A stretch of 64,000 nucleotides of DNA from Eubacteriales bacterium (GTDB taxonomy: Bacteria; Bacillota; Clostridia; Oscillospirales; CAG-272): NCBI GenBank assembly GCA_045545665.1, contig JAZQBL010000025.1, forward strand, positions 2,087 to 66,086. Direction: 5' to 3'. Made by a program: the position numbers and the translations under genes. The notes beneath the pieces are model-generated. The model searched no databases. It saw only the letters and a list, made by a program, of their open reading frames with translations, and was not told where the DNA came from. Below are positions 48,197-57,589 of the stretch, piece after piece; within the stretch, counting starts at the first letter, position 1, and each line of letters opens with the position of its first letter.

Positions 48197-49480
48197 ATGA
48201 GAAAAAATTTAATAAGAATTCTTTGCCTGCTTTGTTCGGCTTGCCTTGTTTCCTGCGGCGGTGCGGATACGTCGAGCGATACGGATACTGATACGAACGT
48301 TCAAACAGACGCACAAACGGACGCAGAGACTGAAGCACCTGTTGTCGAATGGACGCCTCCTACACGGGAAGAGATTGTTGAAACGCTTATGAAAGAGGGA
48401 AAGATCGTTGCCGACTTCATACGTGATAACGGATTTACGTACGGTGATGCGTTCCTTAATCCGGCTATCAACTGGAAGGATCTCGATAAGGCGACCGCAC
48501 TCAACAGAAACGAAAGACTTGTCTCCTGCGACAGACTCGTTATATGGATAATGTACCGTGCCGGATTCACCGACCAGGAATATTACCACGGCATAAACGT
48601 CTTGAAGATGATAAACTATTGCGAGGATCACGGTTTTGAAAAGATAACCTCTGCACGTAAGCTTGAGGCGGGAGATATAGTATACGTCAATCCCGATGCA
48701 AAAGGTGATCCCCAGCACGTTTTCCTGTGTGCAGGACCTAACCAAAGATACGATGCAGGTTCAACTGCAAGAATAGACGGTTCAAGAGGTCCGCAGCCGT
48801 TCAACGAACCCGTTTCCGGCTTTATGTTTGCGTACAGACCCAATGCTGAAAAAATGCCTGATCCTTCGATGATGCATATATTTGAAGAAACGGATGAAAA
48901 TACGGCTAAGGTAAGCGAAAATTCCGAGGTCGTTCATTCCGATGACGGCGGTGACGGAACATACAGTATCGGATATGAATACACACCCGGCGAGTCGCAG
49001 TACGAACTTCATATGACACTCACTTCCGTGTCAAAAAATAATAAATTGAATCAAAATGCATCGTTCGTGGGAGCGAGACTTCCCGAAAAACGCGGAAATG
49101 CAAGAAAACCGGGCGGTATATTCGTTGCTTTCAACGATACAAACGAAGCAAGTCTGTACTTAGGATGCGGTACATATGACTGGACGTGGAGTACGGCAAA
49201 TGCAAAGCTTCCCATACCGGAATCGTTTGCGACACCGCATAAAATAGCGGTCGTTGATACAGGCGATGTTATAAAATACTTTATGTATACGGATGCAGGT
49301 GAGGAATATCTCGTATGCACGATAAGAGTAAGCCACGAAAGCGATCAGATATCTGTACGCGATAACAGCGGCAAGCTTGTTTATGCAGGCGTTGCTTCAG
49401 TCGGAGAAAGCGGATATTTCGGAGTTTGGACAAACTCGGCGCAAACAACTACTTCAGATGTTTCAATAAAGGAAGCATAA
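48197..49480 (+). CDS. Lipoprotein with a NlpC/P60-like Cys/His domain
   Basis: LVSC lipobox, T/D-rich linker, VSCDRLV...GDIV...HVF. Confidence 0.6.
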   Translation: MRKNLIRILCLLCSACLVSCGGADTSSDTDTDTNVQTDAQTDAETEAPVVEWTPPTREEIVETLMKEGKIVADFIRDNGFTYGDAFLNPAINWKDLDKATALNRNERLVSCDRLVIWIMYRAGFTDQEYYHGINVLKMINYCEDHGFEKITSARKLEAGDIVYVNPDAKGDPQHVFLCAGPNQRYDAGSTARIDGSRGPQPFNEPVSGFMFAYRPNAEKMPDPSMMHIFEETDENTAKVSENSEVVHSDDGGDGTYSIGYEYTPGESQYELHMTLTSVSKNNKLNQNASFVGARLPEKRGNARKPGGIFVAFNDTNEASLYLGCGTYDWTWSTANAKLPIPESFATPHKIAVVDTGDVIKYFMYTDAGEEYLVCTIRVSHESDQISVRDNSGKLVYAGVASVGESGYFGVWTNSAQTTTSDVSIKEA

Positions 49481-49526
49481 TAAAAACAGCCTTGAATTCA
49501 TACTGAATTCAAGGCGTTTTTATTTG

Positions 49527-50804
49527 TTAATCTTCTTCTTTTTCTTCGGATTCTTCTTCGTCGGAGGGTCTTTCATTTACTGTGACTGATATCTTTTCAG
49601 CTCTGTGAATATCCGTTGTGAGTACCTTTATGTCAAGGTGCATATACGAAAATGTGTCGTTTTCTTCGGGTACGTTCCCAAGCTGTTCCATTATCCAACC
49701 GCTGAGAGACGTGCTTTCAAATTCTGCTTTGATTCCGAAAAATTCAAAGAATTCTTCCGTTGTTACCGTACAGTCAACGGTGTACGTGTTTTCCGAAGTC
49801 TGTAAGAAGCTTTCAACAACTTCGTCGTGTTCGTCCCATATTTCACCGACAAGCTCTTCGAGTATATCTTCCATCGTCACGATGCCGAGCGTTCCGCAAT
49901 ATTCGTCGAGAACGACTGCAACGTGCGATTTTTCTTTTTGTAAGGTCTTCAGTATATCGTTTATTTTATCGGACTGCTGGACGAATACGGGCTTCGTCAT
50001 TATTTCGGATATTTCTTTTGGCGTTATCGCACCGTTTATGTAGAAGTCCTTCTGGTGGATGACGCCGACGATGTTGTCGATGTTGTTCTCGTATACGAGA
50101 AGTCTTGAAAATTTAGTATTTGAAAATACTTCCGCTATCTGCTGTTTATCGGCATCAAGTGCAACAGCTTCAAGATCCATTCTGTGCGTGAGTATTTCTT
50201 CTGCTTTCAGATCTCTGAATTCGATAGCACTCCTTATAAGCTCACCGCTGTTGTCGTCGATGCTGCCTTCCTGCTGGACTTCTTCAACGAACATAAGCAG
50301 TTCTTCTTGTGACATTTTTTGTGTATCACCCGTTTTGAATATCTTTGAAAGAAGCTTTTTCCACAGGGAGAACAAAAAGTTTATAGGCGTTAAGATAACT
50401 ATCAGTGCTTTCATAAACGGCGCTGAAAACATTGCAAATTTTTCAGGTGAGTCCTTTGCAAGGCTTTTGGGGGATATCTCGCCGAATATGAGGACGACGA
50501 CAGTAGTAACGGCTGTCGATATGGTTGCACCTATGTCACCGCAGATTTTTATAAATAAAACTGTCGCAATAGATGCAAGAGCGATATTTACGATGTTGTT
50601 TCCGATAAGGATCGCGGAAAGAAGCGAGTCGTAATTTTCCGAAAGCTTCAAGGTAAGCTTTGCGCGCTTGTTTCCTTTTTCGACCAGGGTCTTGATCCTC
50701 GTTTTGTTAAGTGTGGAAAACGCTGTTTCCGTTGCTGAAAAGTACGCTGAGAAAAGTACCAGGATAATCATTGCCGTAATTTGCGGTATATGATCGGTGG
50801 GCAT
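49527..50804 (-). CDS. HlyC/CorC (CNNM/DUF21 + CBS + CorC) transporter
   Basis: FSATETAF, LIGNNIVN, FGEISPK, FSRLLVY and EDILEELVGEIWDE. Confidence 0.94.
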   Translation of the reverse strand: MPTDHIPQITAMIILVLFSAYFSATETAFSTLNKTRIKTLVEKGNKRAKLTLKLSENYDSLLSAILIGNNIVNIALASIATVLFIKICGDIGATISTAVTTVVVLIFGEISPKSLAKDSPEKFAMFSAPFMKALIVILTPINFLFSLWKKLLSKIFKTGDTQKMSQEELLMFVEEVQQEGSIDDNSGELIRSAIEFRDLKAEEILTHRMDLEAVALDADKQQIAEVFSNTKFSRLLVYENNIDNIVGVIHQKDFYINGAITPKEISEIMTKPVFVQQSDKINDILKTLQKEKSHVAVVLDEYCGTLGIVTMEDILEELVGEIWDEHDEVVESFLQTSENTYTVDCTVTTEEFFEFFGIKAEFESTSLSGWIMEQLGNVPEENDTFSYMHLDIKVLTTDIHRAEKISVTVNERPSDEEESEEKEED

Positions 50805-50852
50805 AATAAACTCCTTTTTTGTTTTTTGTCTGCGGGCTTTGAACAGTAACGC

Positions 50853-50900
50853 AAAAAGGCATGCCCATAGCCGATGTCTAAATCGACTACAGGTATGCCT
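50853..50900 (-). terminator. Attenuator hairpin in the leader of the CorC-family gene
   Basis: AGGCATACCTGTAGTCGAT...ATCGGCTATGGGCATGCCT-TTTT. Confidence 0.65.
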
Positions 50901-50904
50901 GATA

Positions 50905-50949
50905 TTACATTGTGAATATACTGTTACAATCGCCTTCGGCAGATTCCAT
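50905..50949 (-). CDS. Putative 14-aa leader peptide MESAEGDCNSIFTM
   Basis: ATG..TAA read by hand, AAGGA upstream, stop 4 nt before the attenuator stem. Confidence 0.4.
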   Translation of the reverse strand: MESAEGDCNSIFTM

Positions 50950-51032
50950 GATTACTGTTGATTCCTTAAAAATTATTTTTGATGATTATATCATATACTG
51001 TCTGCTTTGTCAACTGTAAAAGCAATAATTAA

Positions 51033-51407
51033 TCAATTGTTTACTATTTTATCACTAAGTCCGTTGGTGATGCACCATTGTGCAAATGCTGACGACGATG
51101 GAGTTTTGATCGATTCAATAGCCGAAGAGCCTGTAAGTACGCCCTCGCCGACAGTTGAAACGGAGTTCGGAACTGTCAGTGAAGTAAGTGCTGTACAGCC
51201 GGAAAATGCTTTACTGCCGATGCTTGTTACACTTGAAGGAATAACGGCGGCAGTTATTGCTTTGCAGTCATAAAAGGCGTAGTTTTCTACCGGTGTCACA
51301 GCACCGAGAGACGTTGCTTCGTATGTGAATAAGGATGCGTCTGTTTCCGCAACAGCTTCAAATAATGCTGTATATACAGTCGAGTCTCTAGATAAAAAAC
51401 AATCCTT
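51033..51407 (-). pseudogene. Fragment of a BspA-type leucine-rich-repeat surface protein
   Basis: AFYDC..IPSSVTSIGSKAFSGCTAL..VPNSV repeats; no signal peptide, RBS or convincing start. Confidence 0.6.
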
Positions 51408-52700
51408 TTATTTACAAATGTTCGCCCTGTATTTTTTGAAATATGCGAGTTTAACACATACACATACAATATGTATAGCTACGGCAAGTTCTTCATTCGA
51501 CGGATAGGTCGGCGCCAGGCGGAGGTTTCTGTCGCGTTCGTCACGTCCGTAAGGGAAGGTTGAACCCGCCTTCGTAAGGGTGACACCTGCAGCGGCGGCA
51601 AGATCGTATGTCAGCTTTGCAAGTCCGTCGGCTGTGTTGAGGCTTATGAAATATCCGCCTCTCGGCTTTATCCAGCTTGCGATATCAGCCTTTGCAAGCT
51701 CATTTTCCAAAGTTGAAAGAACTATTTCAAACTTAGGACGGAGATGACGGGCATGAAGCTTCATATGGTCGAGTATACCTTCGGCGTTTTTAAAGTATTT
51801 AACGTGACGAAGCTGATTTATTTTATCCGAGCCTATAGTCTGTACCTGCATTATATTTTTTATCTGCTCCCTGTTGTTGTCGCTTACAGCCATAAGAGCT
51901 ACACCGGAACCCGGAAAGGAGATCTTTGAGGTTGAGAAAAAGTAGAAAAGCTTATCTTCATTTTCCGTTCCCTGCAAAAGTCTGAACAGGTTAAGGACGT
52001 TGTCGCCTTCGTCTTCGATATCGTGGACTGCATACGCATTATCCCAGAATATTCTGAAATCTTTTGCGGCAGTTTTTAAATTTGCGAAACGGCGTACCGT
52101 TTCGTCTGAGTAGGTAATACCGTCGGGGTTAGAGTATTTGGGTACGCACCAGATACCCTTTATGGATTCATCTTCCGCTACAAGACGCTCTACCGTGTCC
52201 ATATCGGGACCCGTCGGTGTCATATCGACGTTTATCATCTTGATACCGAGTGACTCGCATATTGCAAAGTGTCTGTCGTATCCGGGAACGGGGCAAAGGA
52301 ATTTTACCTCGGGAAGCTGACACCACGGCTTTTCCGAACCGTAAACGCCATACAGCATTGCACGTGCTACGGTATCATACATTATATTAAGGCTGGAGTT
52401 TCCACCCAAAATGATGTTGTTTGCGGGAATATCCAAAAGCTCGGAAAAAAGACTTCTTGCTTCAGGCAGACCGAACAAAAGTCCGTAGTTTCTGCAGTCC
52501 GTGCCGTCTTGCGTCTTACACTGTCTGCTGCTGTGAAGAACGCACAAAAGGGACTCTGTTAAATCAAGCTGTTCTGTATTCGGCTTACCTCGTGACATAT
52601 CGAGAGAAAGCTTTTTTGATTTTATATCTTCATATTCTGCGACAAGGGATTCGTACTCCGCAAGAGCTTCCCCGTCGGTCATTTCGCTGTATTTCTTCAT
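51408..52700 (-). CDS. PLP-dependent aminotransferase (AspT/Rv3722c-like aspartate aminotransferase family)
   Basis: LDMSRGKP, PGYDRHF, VPKYSNPDG, WDNAY and STSKISF. Confidence 0.87.
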   Translation of the reverse strand: MKKYSEMTDGEALAEYESLVAEYEDIKSKKLSLDMSRGKPNTEQLDLTESLLCVLHSSRQCKTQDGTDCRNYGLLFGLPEARSLFSELLDIPANNIILGGNSSLNIMYDTVARAMLYGVYGSEKPWCQLPEVKFLCPVPGYDRHFAICESLGIKMINVDMTPTGPDMDTVERLVAEDESIKGIWCVPKYSNPDGITYSDETVRRFANLKTAAKDFRIFWDNAYAVHDIEDEGDNVLNLFRLLQGTENEDKLFYFFSTSKISFPGSGVALMAVSDNNREQIKNIMQVQTIGSDKINQLRHVKYFKNAEGILDHMKLHARHLRPKFEIVLSTLENELAKADIASWIKPRGGYFISLNTADGLAKLTYDLAAAAGVTLTKAGSTFPYGRDERDRNLRLAPTYPSNEELAVAIHIVCVCVKLAYFKKYRANICK

Positions 52701-52726
52701 AAAATCTGTACCTCTTACACTGTTGA

Positions 52727-54121
52727 TCAGAATTCCGCCGAGCCTGTTGTGCGGGGGAATGCTTCAACGTCTCTTATGTTCGATATACCCGTTACGTACA
52801 TTATAAGTCTTTCAAAGCCAAGTCCGAAGCCCGCGTGCTTTGCCGAACCGTACTTGCGAAGATCACGGTACCAGCTGTAATCGTCTTTGTCAAGTCCGAA
52901 GGATTCTATGGCACGGTCAAGATATTCGGGGCGTTCTTCTCTCTGGGAGCCACCTATAAGCTCACCGACTCCGGGAACGAGCATATCCATTGCCGCAACC
53001 GTTTTTCCGTCGTCGTTAAGACGCATATAGAATGCTTTTATCTCTCTGGGATAATCCGTGACAAAAACGGGACGTCCGAACACTTCCTCAGAAAGATATC
53101 TCTCGTGCTCCGTCTGAAGGTCTATACCCCATTTAACGGGATACTCAAATTTCTTACCGGATTTTTCAAGAAGCTCTATTGCCTCGGTGTACGTTACGTG
53201 TCCGAAATCGCTGTTTACAACGTTTTCAAGACGGGAAAGAAGAGTCTTGTCGAAAAATTCGTTGAAGAATTTAAGCTCGTCGGGGCATTTTTCCATTATA
53301 TAAGCGACGACGAATTTTATCATGGACTCGGCAAGAGCCATATCATCGTTGAGATCTGCGTATGCTATTTCGGGTTCCATCATCCAGAATTCCGCAGCGT
53401 GTCTTCCTGTGTTTGAACGCTCTGCACGGAACGTGGGGCCGAACGTGTAGACCTTTCCGAATGCCAAAGCGAAGCACTCGGCGTTAAGCTGTCCCGATAC
53501 CGTAAGGCTCGTTTTCTTTCCGAAGAAGTCCTGAGAAAAATCAATAAGTCCGTCCTCGCCTCTGGGGGGATCGTTCATATCAAGTGACGTTACGTGGAAC
53601 ATTTCGCCTGCGCCCTCGCAGTCACTTGTTGTGATTATGGGTGTGTTTACGTAAACAAAACCGTTTTCGTTGAAAAATTTGTGTATTGCATATGCGGCAA
53701 CGGAGCGTACACGGAATACTGCGTTATACGTATTCGTTCTGGGACGAAGGTGCGCTATCGTGCGGAGAAATTCGTGGCTGTGACGCTTCTTCTGCAAGGG
53801 ATAATCGGGAGTAGAGGGACCCTCTACTTCGATCTTTGTGCTCTGAAGCTCAAACGGCTGCTTCGATTCGGGCGTGAGCAGGAGCGTACCCGTTACGACG
53901 AAAGCACATCCGACGTTCTGTTTTGCGACTTCTGTGTAATTTTCTAATTTTTCGCTGTCGAAAACGACCTGAAGACAGTTGAAACAGCTTCCGTCGTTTA
54001 TGGAAAGAAATCCGAATGCGTTGCTGGCGCGGATGCTTCTTGCCCAGCCGCACACCGTTATCTCTTTTCCTGAAAATTTTTCGCTGTTTTCATAAAGCTG
54101 TGAAATTGTAATTCTTTGCAT
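52727..54121 (-). CDS. asnS: Asparagine--tRNA ligase
   Basis: [40 protein letters not shown] and GFGLGFER. Confidence 0.97.
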   Translation of the reverse strand: MQRITISQLYENSEKFSGKEITVCGWARSIRASNAFGFLSINDGSCFNCLQVVFDSEKLENYTEVAKQNVGCAFVVTGTLLLTPESKQPFELQSTKIEVEGPSTPDYPLQKKRHSHEFLRTIAHLRPRTNTYNAVFRVRSVAAYAIHKFFNENGFVYVNTPIITTSDCEGAGEMFHVTSLDMNDPPRGEDGLIDFSQDFFGKKTSLTVSGQLNAECFALAFGKVYTFGPTFRAERSNTGRHAAEFWMMEPEIAYADLNDDMALAESMIKFVVAYIMEKCPDELKFFNEFFDKTLLSRLENVVNSDFGHVTYTEAIELLEKSGKKFEYPVKWGIDLQTEHERYLSEEVFGRPVFVTDYPREIKAFYMRLNDDGKTVAAMDMLVPGVGELIGGSQREERPEYLDRAIESFGLDKDDYSWYRDLRKYGSAKHAGFGLGFERLIMYVTGISNIRDVEAFPRTTGSAEF

Positions 54122-54395
54122 AGTATATACCTCATAAAACAATATCTACGATTGGAATAAACCTATAAACAGATCAATATTTCGAACCATTATATAATAT
54201 ATAGTATTTTTTTTCAATACCCTAATGATAAAATTATCCGAAAATATTAAATAATTTTATAAAAATTTATCATTTGTTTTATTTCGGGGCAGAAAAACAA
54301 GTTCTTTCAGAGAAATATATTTTTTTTCAAAAAAACACTTGACAAACCTAAAGAAATGTGATAATATATTCGGGCAAGGTTAAGAAAACCTGTGT

Positions 54396-54469
<74 letters not shown>

Positions 54470-54476
54470 TTTTTAT

Positions 54477-54553
54477 GTACCCATAGCTCAGCCGGATAGA
54501 GCAACTGCCTTCTAAGCAGTAGGTCGGGGGTTCGAATCCCTCTGGGTACGCCA
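54477..54553 (+). tRNA. tRNA-Arg(TCT)
   Basis: GTACCCATAGCTCAG, ACTGC-CT-TCT-AA-GCAGT, CCA end. Confidence 0.96.
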
Positions 54554-54556
54554 TGT

Positions 54557-54634
54557 GGTGGATATAGCGCAGTTGGTCAGCGCGTCAGGTTGTGGCCCTG
54601 AAGGTCGTCGGTTCGATCCCGATTATCCACCCCA
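54557..54634 (+). tRNA. tRNA-His(GTG)
   Basis: Encoded G-1, TCAGG-TT-GTG-GC-CCTGA, CCA end; terminator 54640-54670. Confidence 0.96.
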
Positions 54635-54694
54635 TACGATAAAGCAAGCGTTCAGCTTGCTTTATTTTTTGTATAACGAAAACCACCCGCTGAG

Positions 54695-54785
54695 TGAAAT
54701 GGTAAAATAAAGGTAGACACATAGAAAACCACTATGTATCTACCTTTTTGTTATGGTATAATAAAAGAAAAAGGAGGAATGAAAT
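54695..54785 (+). mobile_element. Possible solo left end of an IS (IS3-like) with orphan -10 box and RBS
   Basis: Starts TG; hairpin AAAGGTAGACACATAG/CTATGTATCTACCTTT, TG-G-TATAAT and AGGAGG, but no following ORF. Confidence 0.3.
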
Positions 54786-54825
54786 AAAAAACTGCCCGTA
54801 GGCAGTTATAATCTGTTTAACAGAA

Positions 54826-55080
54826 TTATGAATTGAAAAGACCCATAAGGTCGCTAGGATTGTGGTAGCAGTATCCGTTTGCTTCTGCAGAACCATCCTC
54901 AACCGCTATAGAACAGCCGGAAATATTTTCGAGGAAAATTGTATCGAACATAGTTGCGGTAAGACCGCAAGTTCCTTGTGTAACAGTAGTTACTTTTTGT
55001 CCGTTACAGCTTGCGGCAATATTTGTATTGAGTGCAAAATCTTCAAAAATTATCGCCGGTTTATTGTATGTTCTCTTCAT
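54826..55080 (-). CDS. Cys-containing RiPP-precursor-like peptide (84 aa)
   Basis: YNKP (YxxP) leader, four Cys, CYHNP..LFNS C-terminus; AGGAG RBS, promoter TTGACA-17-TATCAT (55184-55156), terminator 54786-54807. Confidence 0.65.
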   Translation of the reverse strand: MKRTYNKPAIIFEDFALNTNIAASCNGQKVTTVTQGTCGLTATMFDTIFLENISGCSIAVEDGSAEANGYCYHNPSDLMGLFNS

Positions 55081-55232
55081 AATTCTTGTATACTCCTAAA
55101 TCTCAAACGTATCTATAATATCTTCGACTGTGAAGCTGTCCACCGAATTATTAAGATGATAACATCAAAACATATTTTTGTCAATGAGAAAAGTATAAAA
55201 TTTACAAATTGTTAATTTTATTTCCGCAAAAG

Positions 55233-55928
55233 TTATGTAAGCTTTAGTTCGTTTGTGAGCGCAAAATTTTCCGCCGAAACGTCTTTTTCGAAAACGTATT
55301 TACCGCCGCAATTTTTACACTCAAGCGTTAAAGCGTTGTCGGAAAACGTAAGCTCGGGAGAGCAGGGACAGTTGTTTTCGTATATTCCCGTTGCCATGAG
55401 AAGATCGTCTTCTCTGTAAAGTAACTCTCCTTTTTCGCCTTCGCAGTAACAGCTTACGTGACCGTCGGCAAGCAGCTCTTTTACAGTAAGTATGATGCCG
55501 GCAAGCTCTGACGGATCGGGCATGGAGGTGTCTTCCTCTGTTTCTCCGAATAAACCTTCTGCGGAGGTGTCAAGCATTTCTGCAAGCTCGTTGAGCGTTG
55601 CATCAATTTCAGCCTGCACTTCGTTTTCTTTGCCGATAAAGCAGATATCGACTCCCGAATATCTGCAATTCAGATAGAACATTTCACCTGAAAATATGAC
55701 CGATTCGTTTACGGTGTAGGTGTGCTCCGTCCTGCAGATGAAACACGGCACGGTAATGCGTACTTTACCGTCTTTTGCGTATCTTATGACCATTTCACTC
55801 TTTGAACAGGGACATTTGACTTTAACCATCTCGGCGTTAAGCGAGAACACGCCGACGATACTTTTTATTGCTCCGCCGCAGTGAGGACAGCGGTAAGCTA
55901 TTGTAGTTTGTTTGGGTTTGATAACCAT
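55233..55928 (-). CDS. Hypothetical Cys-rich (putative zinc-binding) protein
   Basis: AYRCPHCG, CPC, PCFIC and CKNC. Confidence 0.75.
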   Translation of the reverse strand: MVIKPKQTTIAYRCPHCGGAIKSIVGVFSLNAEMVKVKCPCSKSEMVIRYAKDGKVRITVPCFICRTEHTYTVNESVIFSGEMFYLNCRYSGVDICFIGKENEVQAEIDATLNELAEMLDTSAEGLFGETEEDTSMPDPSELAGIILTVKELLADGHVSCYCEGEKGELLYREDDLLMATGIYENNCPCSPELTFSDNALTLECKNCGGKYVFEKDVSAENFALTNELKLT

Positions 55929-55931
55929 AAT

Positions 55932-56816
55932 TTAATCATCCTTTTTTTGATTTATGTATCTTTCGTAGTAAAACAAATATTGCTGTGCGACACCTGCGTA
56001 TGCGCCGAGGCTGTTTGTATTAAGCTCACCGCCGTAATATTTATCAATAACGCGTTTTATCCAGACGTCAACGGGAAAAGCTCCGTACATTTCGCAGGAA
56101 AACAGTAAAATACAGTTTGCAACCTTTTCTCCTATTCCTTTCACGGAAAGAAGAGCGGCTTTTGCCTCATTGTATGAAAGAGTTTCGAAATGCTCAAATA
56201 TTCCCGCCTGCCATTTTTCTGCGGCATCTATCATATATTTTGCACGAAAACCTGTTTTCAGTTCTCTGAGACCTTCTTCGCCGCATAATATAAGCTTGTC
56301 GGGTGAAGGAAAGGCGTATCTTGTTTTTCCGTCAAAGCATTTGATCTCATCGCCGTATGCTTCGCACAGCGACGTTATTATTTTTTTGATCCTCGGTATA
56401 TTGTTGTTCTGCGAAATGATAAAAGAACAGACAGTTTCCCATAGCGGTTGCGCAAGTATCCGTATACCGTCGGCTGAGGCTTGCGCTTGCTGTATCACGC
56501 CTTCCGGAAAATGTGAAAAAATATCGTTGTTTATTTCATCATAATCACGGTCTAAAGAAAGATAGTGAGCAAAAAAACTGTGATAATCTTCCTGCGTACA
56601 ACCGTATATTTTGACGGCCTTATCATCTTGAACAAGGTGAACGTATATGTTGTGCGCGATGCCTGCTACGCCGTTTTCGCAGGGATCAAAACGGAACGTC
56701 TGACCGCAGTTAAAGATCTTATGAATATCGAAATTCTTTGGACGGTCGAACTGTATATATTCGCCCGTCTCATCCTTGCAGGAAGTTATTTCGGGGTATT
56801 GTGATCGAGGGTGCAT
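55932..56816 (-). CDS. ogg: 8-oxoguanine DNA glycosylase (OGG1-like, HhH-GPD)
   Basis: CGQTFR, SFIISQNNNIPRI, GFRAKY, KGIGEKVANC and FPVDVW. Confidence 0.9.
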   Translation of the reverse strand: MHPRSQYPEITSCKDETGEYIQFDRPKNFDIHKIFNCGQTFRFDPCENGVAGIAHNIYVHLVQDDKAVKIYGCTQEDYHSFFAHYLSLDRDYDEINNDIFSHFPEGVIQQAQASADGIRILAQPLWETVCSFIISQNNNIPRIKKIITSLCEAYGDEIKCFDGKTRYAFPSPDKLILCGEEGLRELKTGFRAKYMIDAAEKWQAGIFEHFETLSYNEAKAALLSVKGIGEKVANCILLFSCEMYGAFPVDVWIKRVIDKYYGGELNTNSLGAYAGVAQQYLFYYERYINQKKDD

Positions 56817-56893
56817 ATTGTTTTCCTTTATTTTTCTTGACACGTTAATAAAAATCGTTTATAATGTTGTTATGAAATGAAAGGGAAAGGCAT

Positions 56894-57589
56894 ATGAAAG
56901 AACAAATATACACAATTCCCGTTACCGAAACGGCAGATAAAATTATTGAAGAGAGCAGATGCGAGTGCTTGCTTTGCTCGCTTTACTCAAAACTTGAAGA
57001 AGATGAGCTTACACTCATTCTCGGCGCATCCATGATGGAACCCGATATCAGAATAAAAACGAACAAAGAAGGCTTCTGCAGAAAGCATTTCGATGAAATG
57101 CTTTCTATGAAAAATAAGCTCGGTCTTGCGCTTATGATCCAAAGCCACATCGACGAGGTTCGAAAGACGATCTTTCCGAAGGAAGGACTTTTCTCTCCCA
57201 AAAACAAGAGCGAGGCGTCTTTAAAACCTTTAAAAGAACACAATGAAAGCTGTTATATTTGCAATAAAATAGATTTTCACCTTGGAAAAATGGCTGAAAC
57301 GATCGTTTACCTCTGGGATACAGAGGAAGAATTTGCAAAGAAATTGTCAAAGATGCCGTTTTTCTGCCTTGAACATTACCGTCTGCTTTTGCAAACGGGT
57401 GTTTACAAGCTTTCGAAAAACAGACAAAATGAATTTTTTACAGCCTTGTCATCGGTGGAAAAAGCGTATTTTGACAGCTTGTATGATGACGTAAGCAAGT
57501 TCTGCAGAAAATTTGACTACCGCTTTCAGGATGAGCCGTGGGGAACTGCAAAGGATTCCGTTGAAAGGGCAGTCAAAATATTATCTTAA
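56894..57589 (+). CDS. DUF6062-like Cys/His-rich protein
   Basis: MKEQIYTIP, ECLLC, GFCRKH, CYIC, FCLEH and KFDYR. Confidence 0.7.
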   Translation: MKEQIYTIPVTETADKIIEESRCECLLCSLYSKLEEDELTLILGASMMEPDIRIKTNKEGFCRKHFDEMLSMKNKLGLALMIQSHIDEVRKTIFPKEGLFSPKNKSEASLKPLKEHNESCYICNKIDFHLGKMAETIVYLWDTEEEFAKKLSKMPFFCLEHYRLLLQTGVYKLSKNRQNEFFTALSSVEKAYFDSLYDDVSKFCRKFDYRFQDEPWGTAKDSVERAVKILS

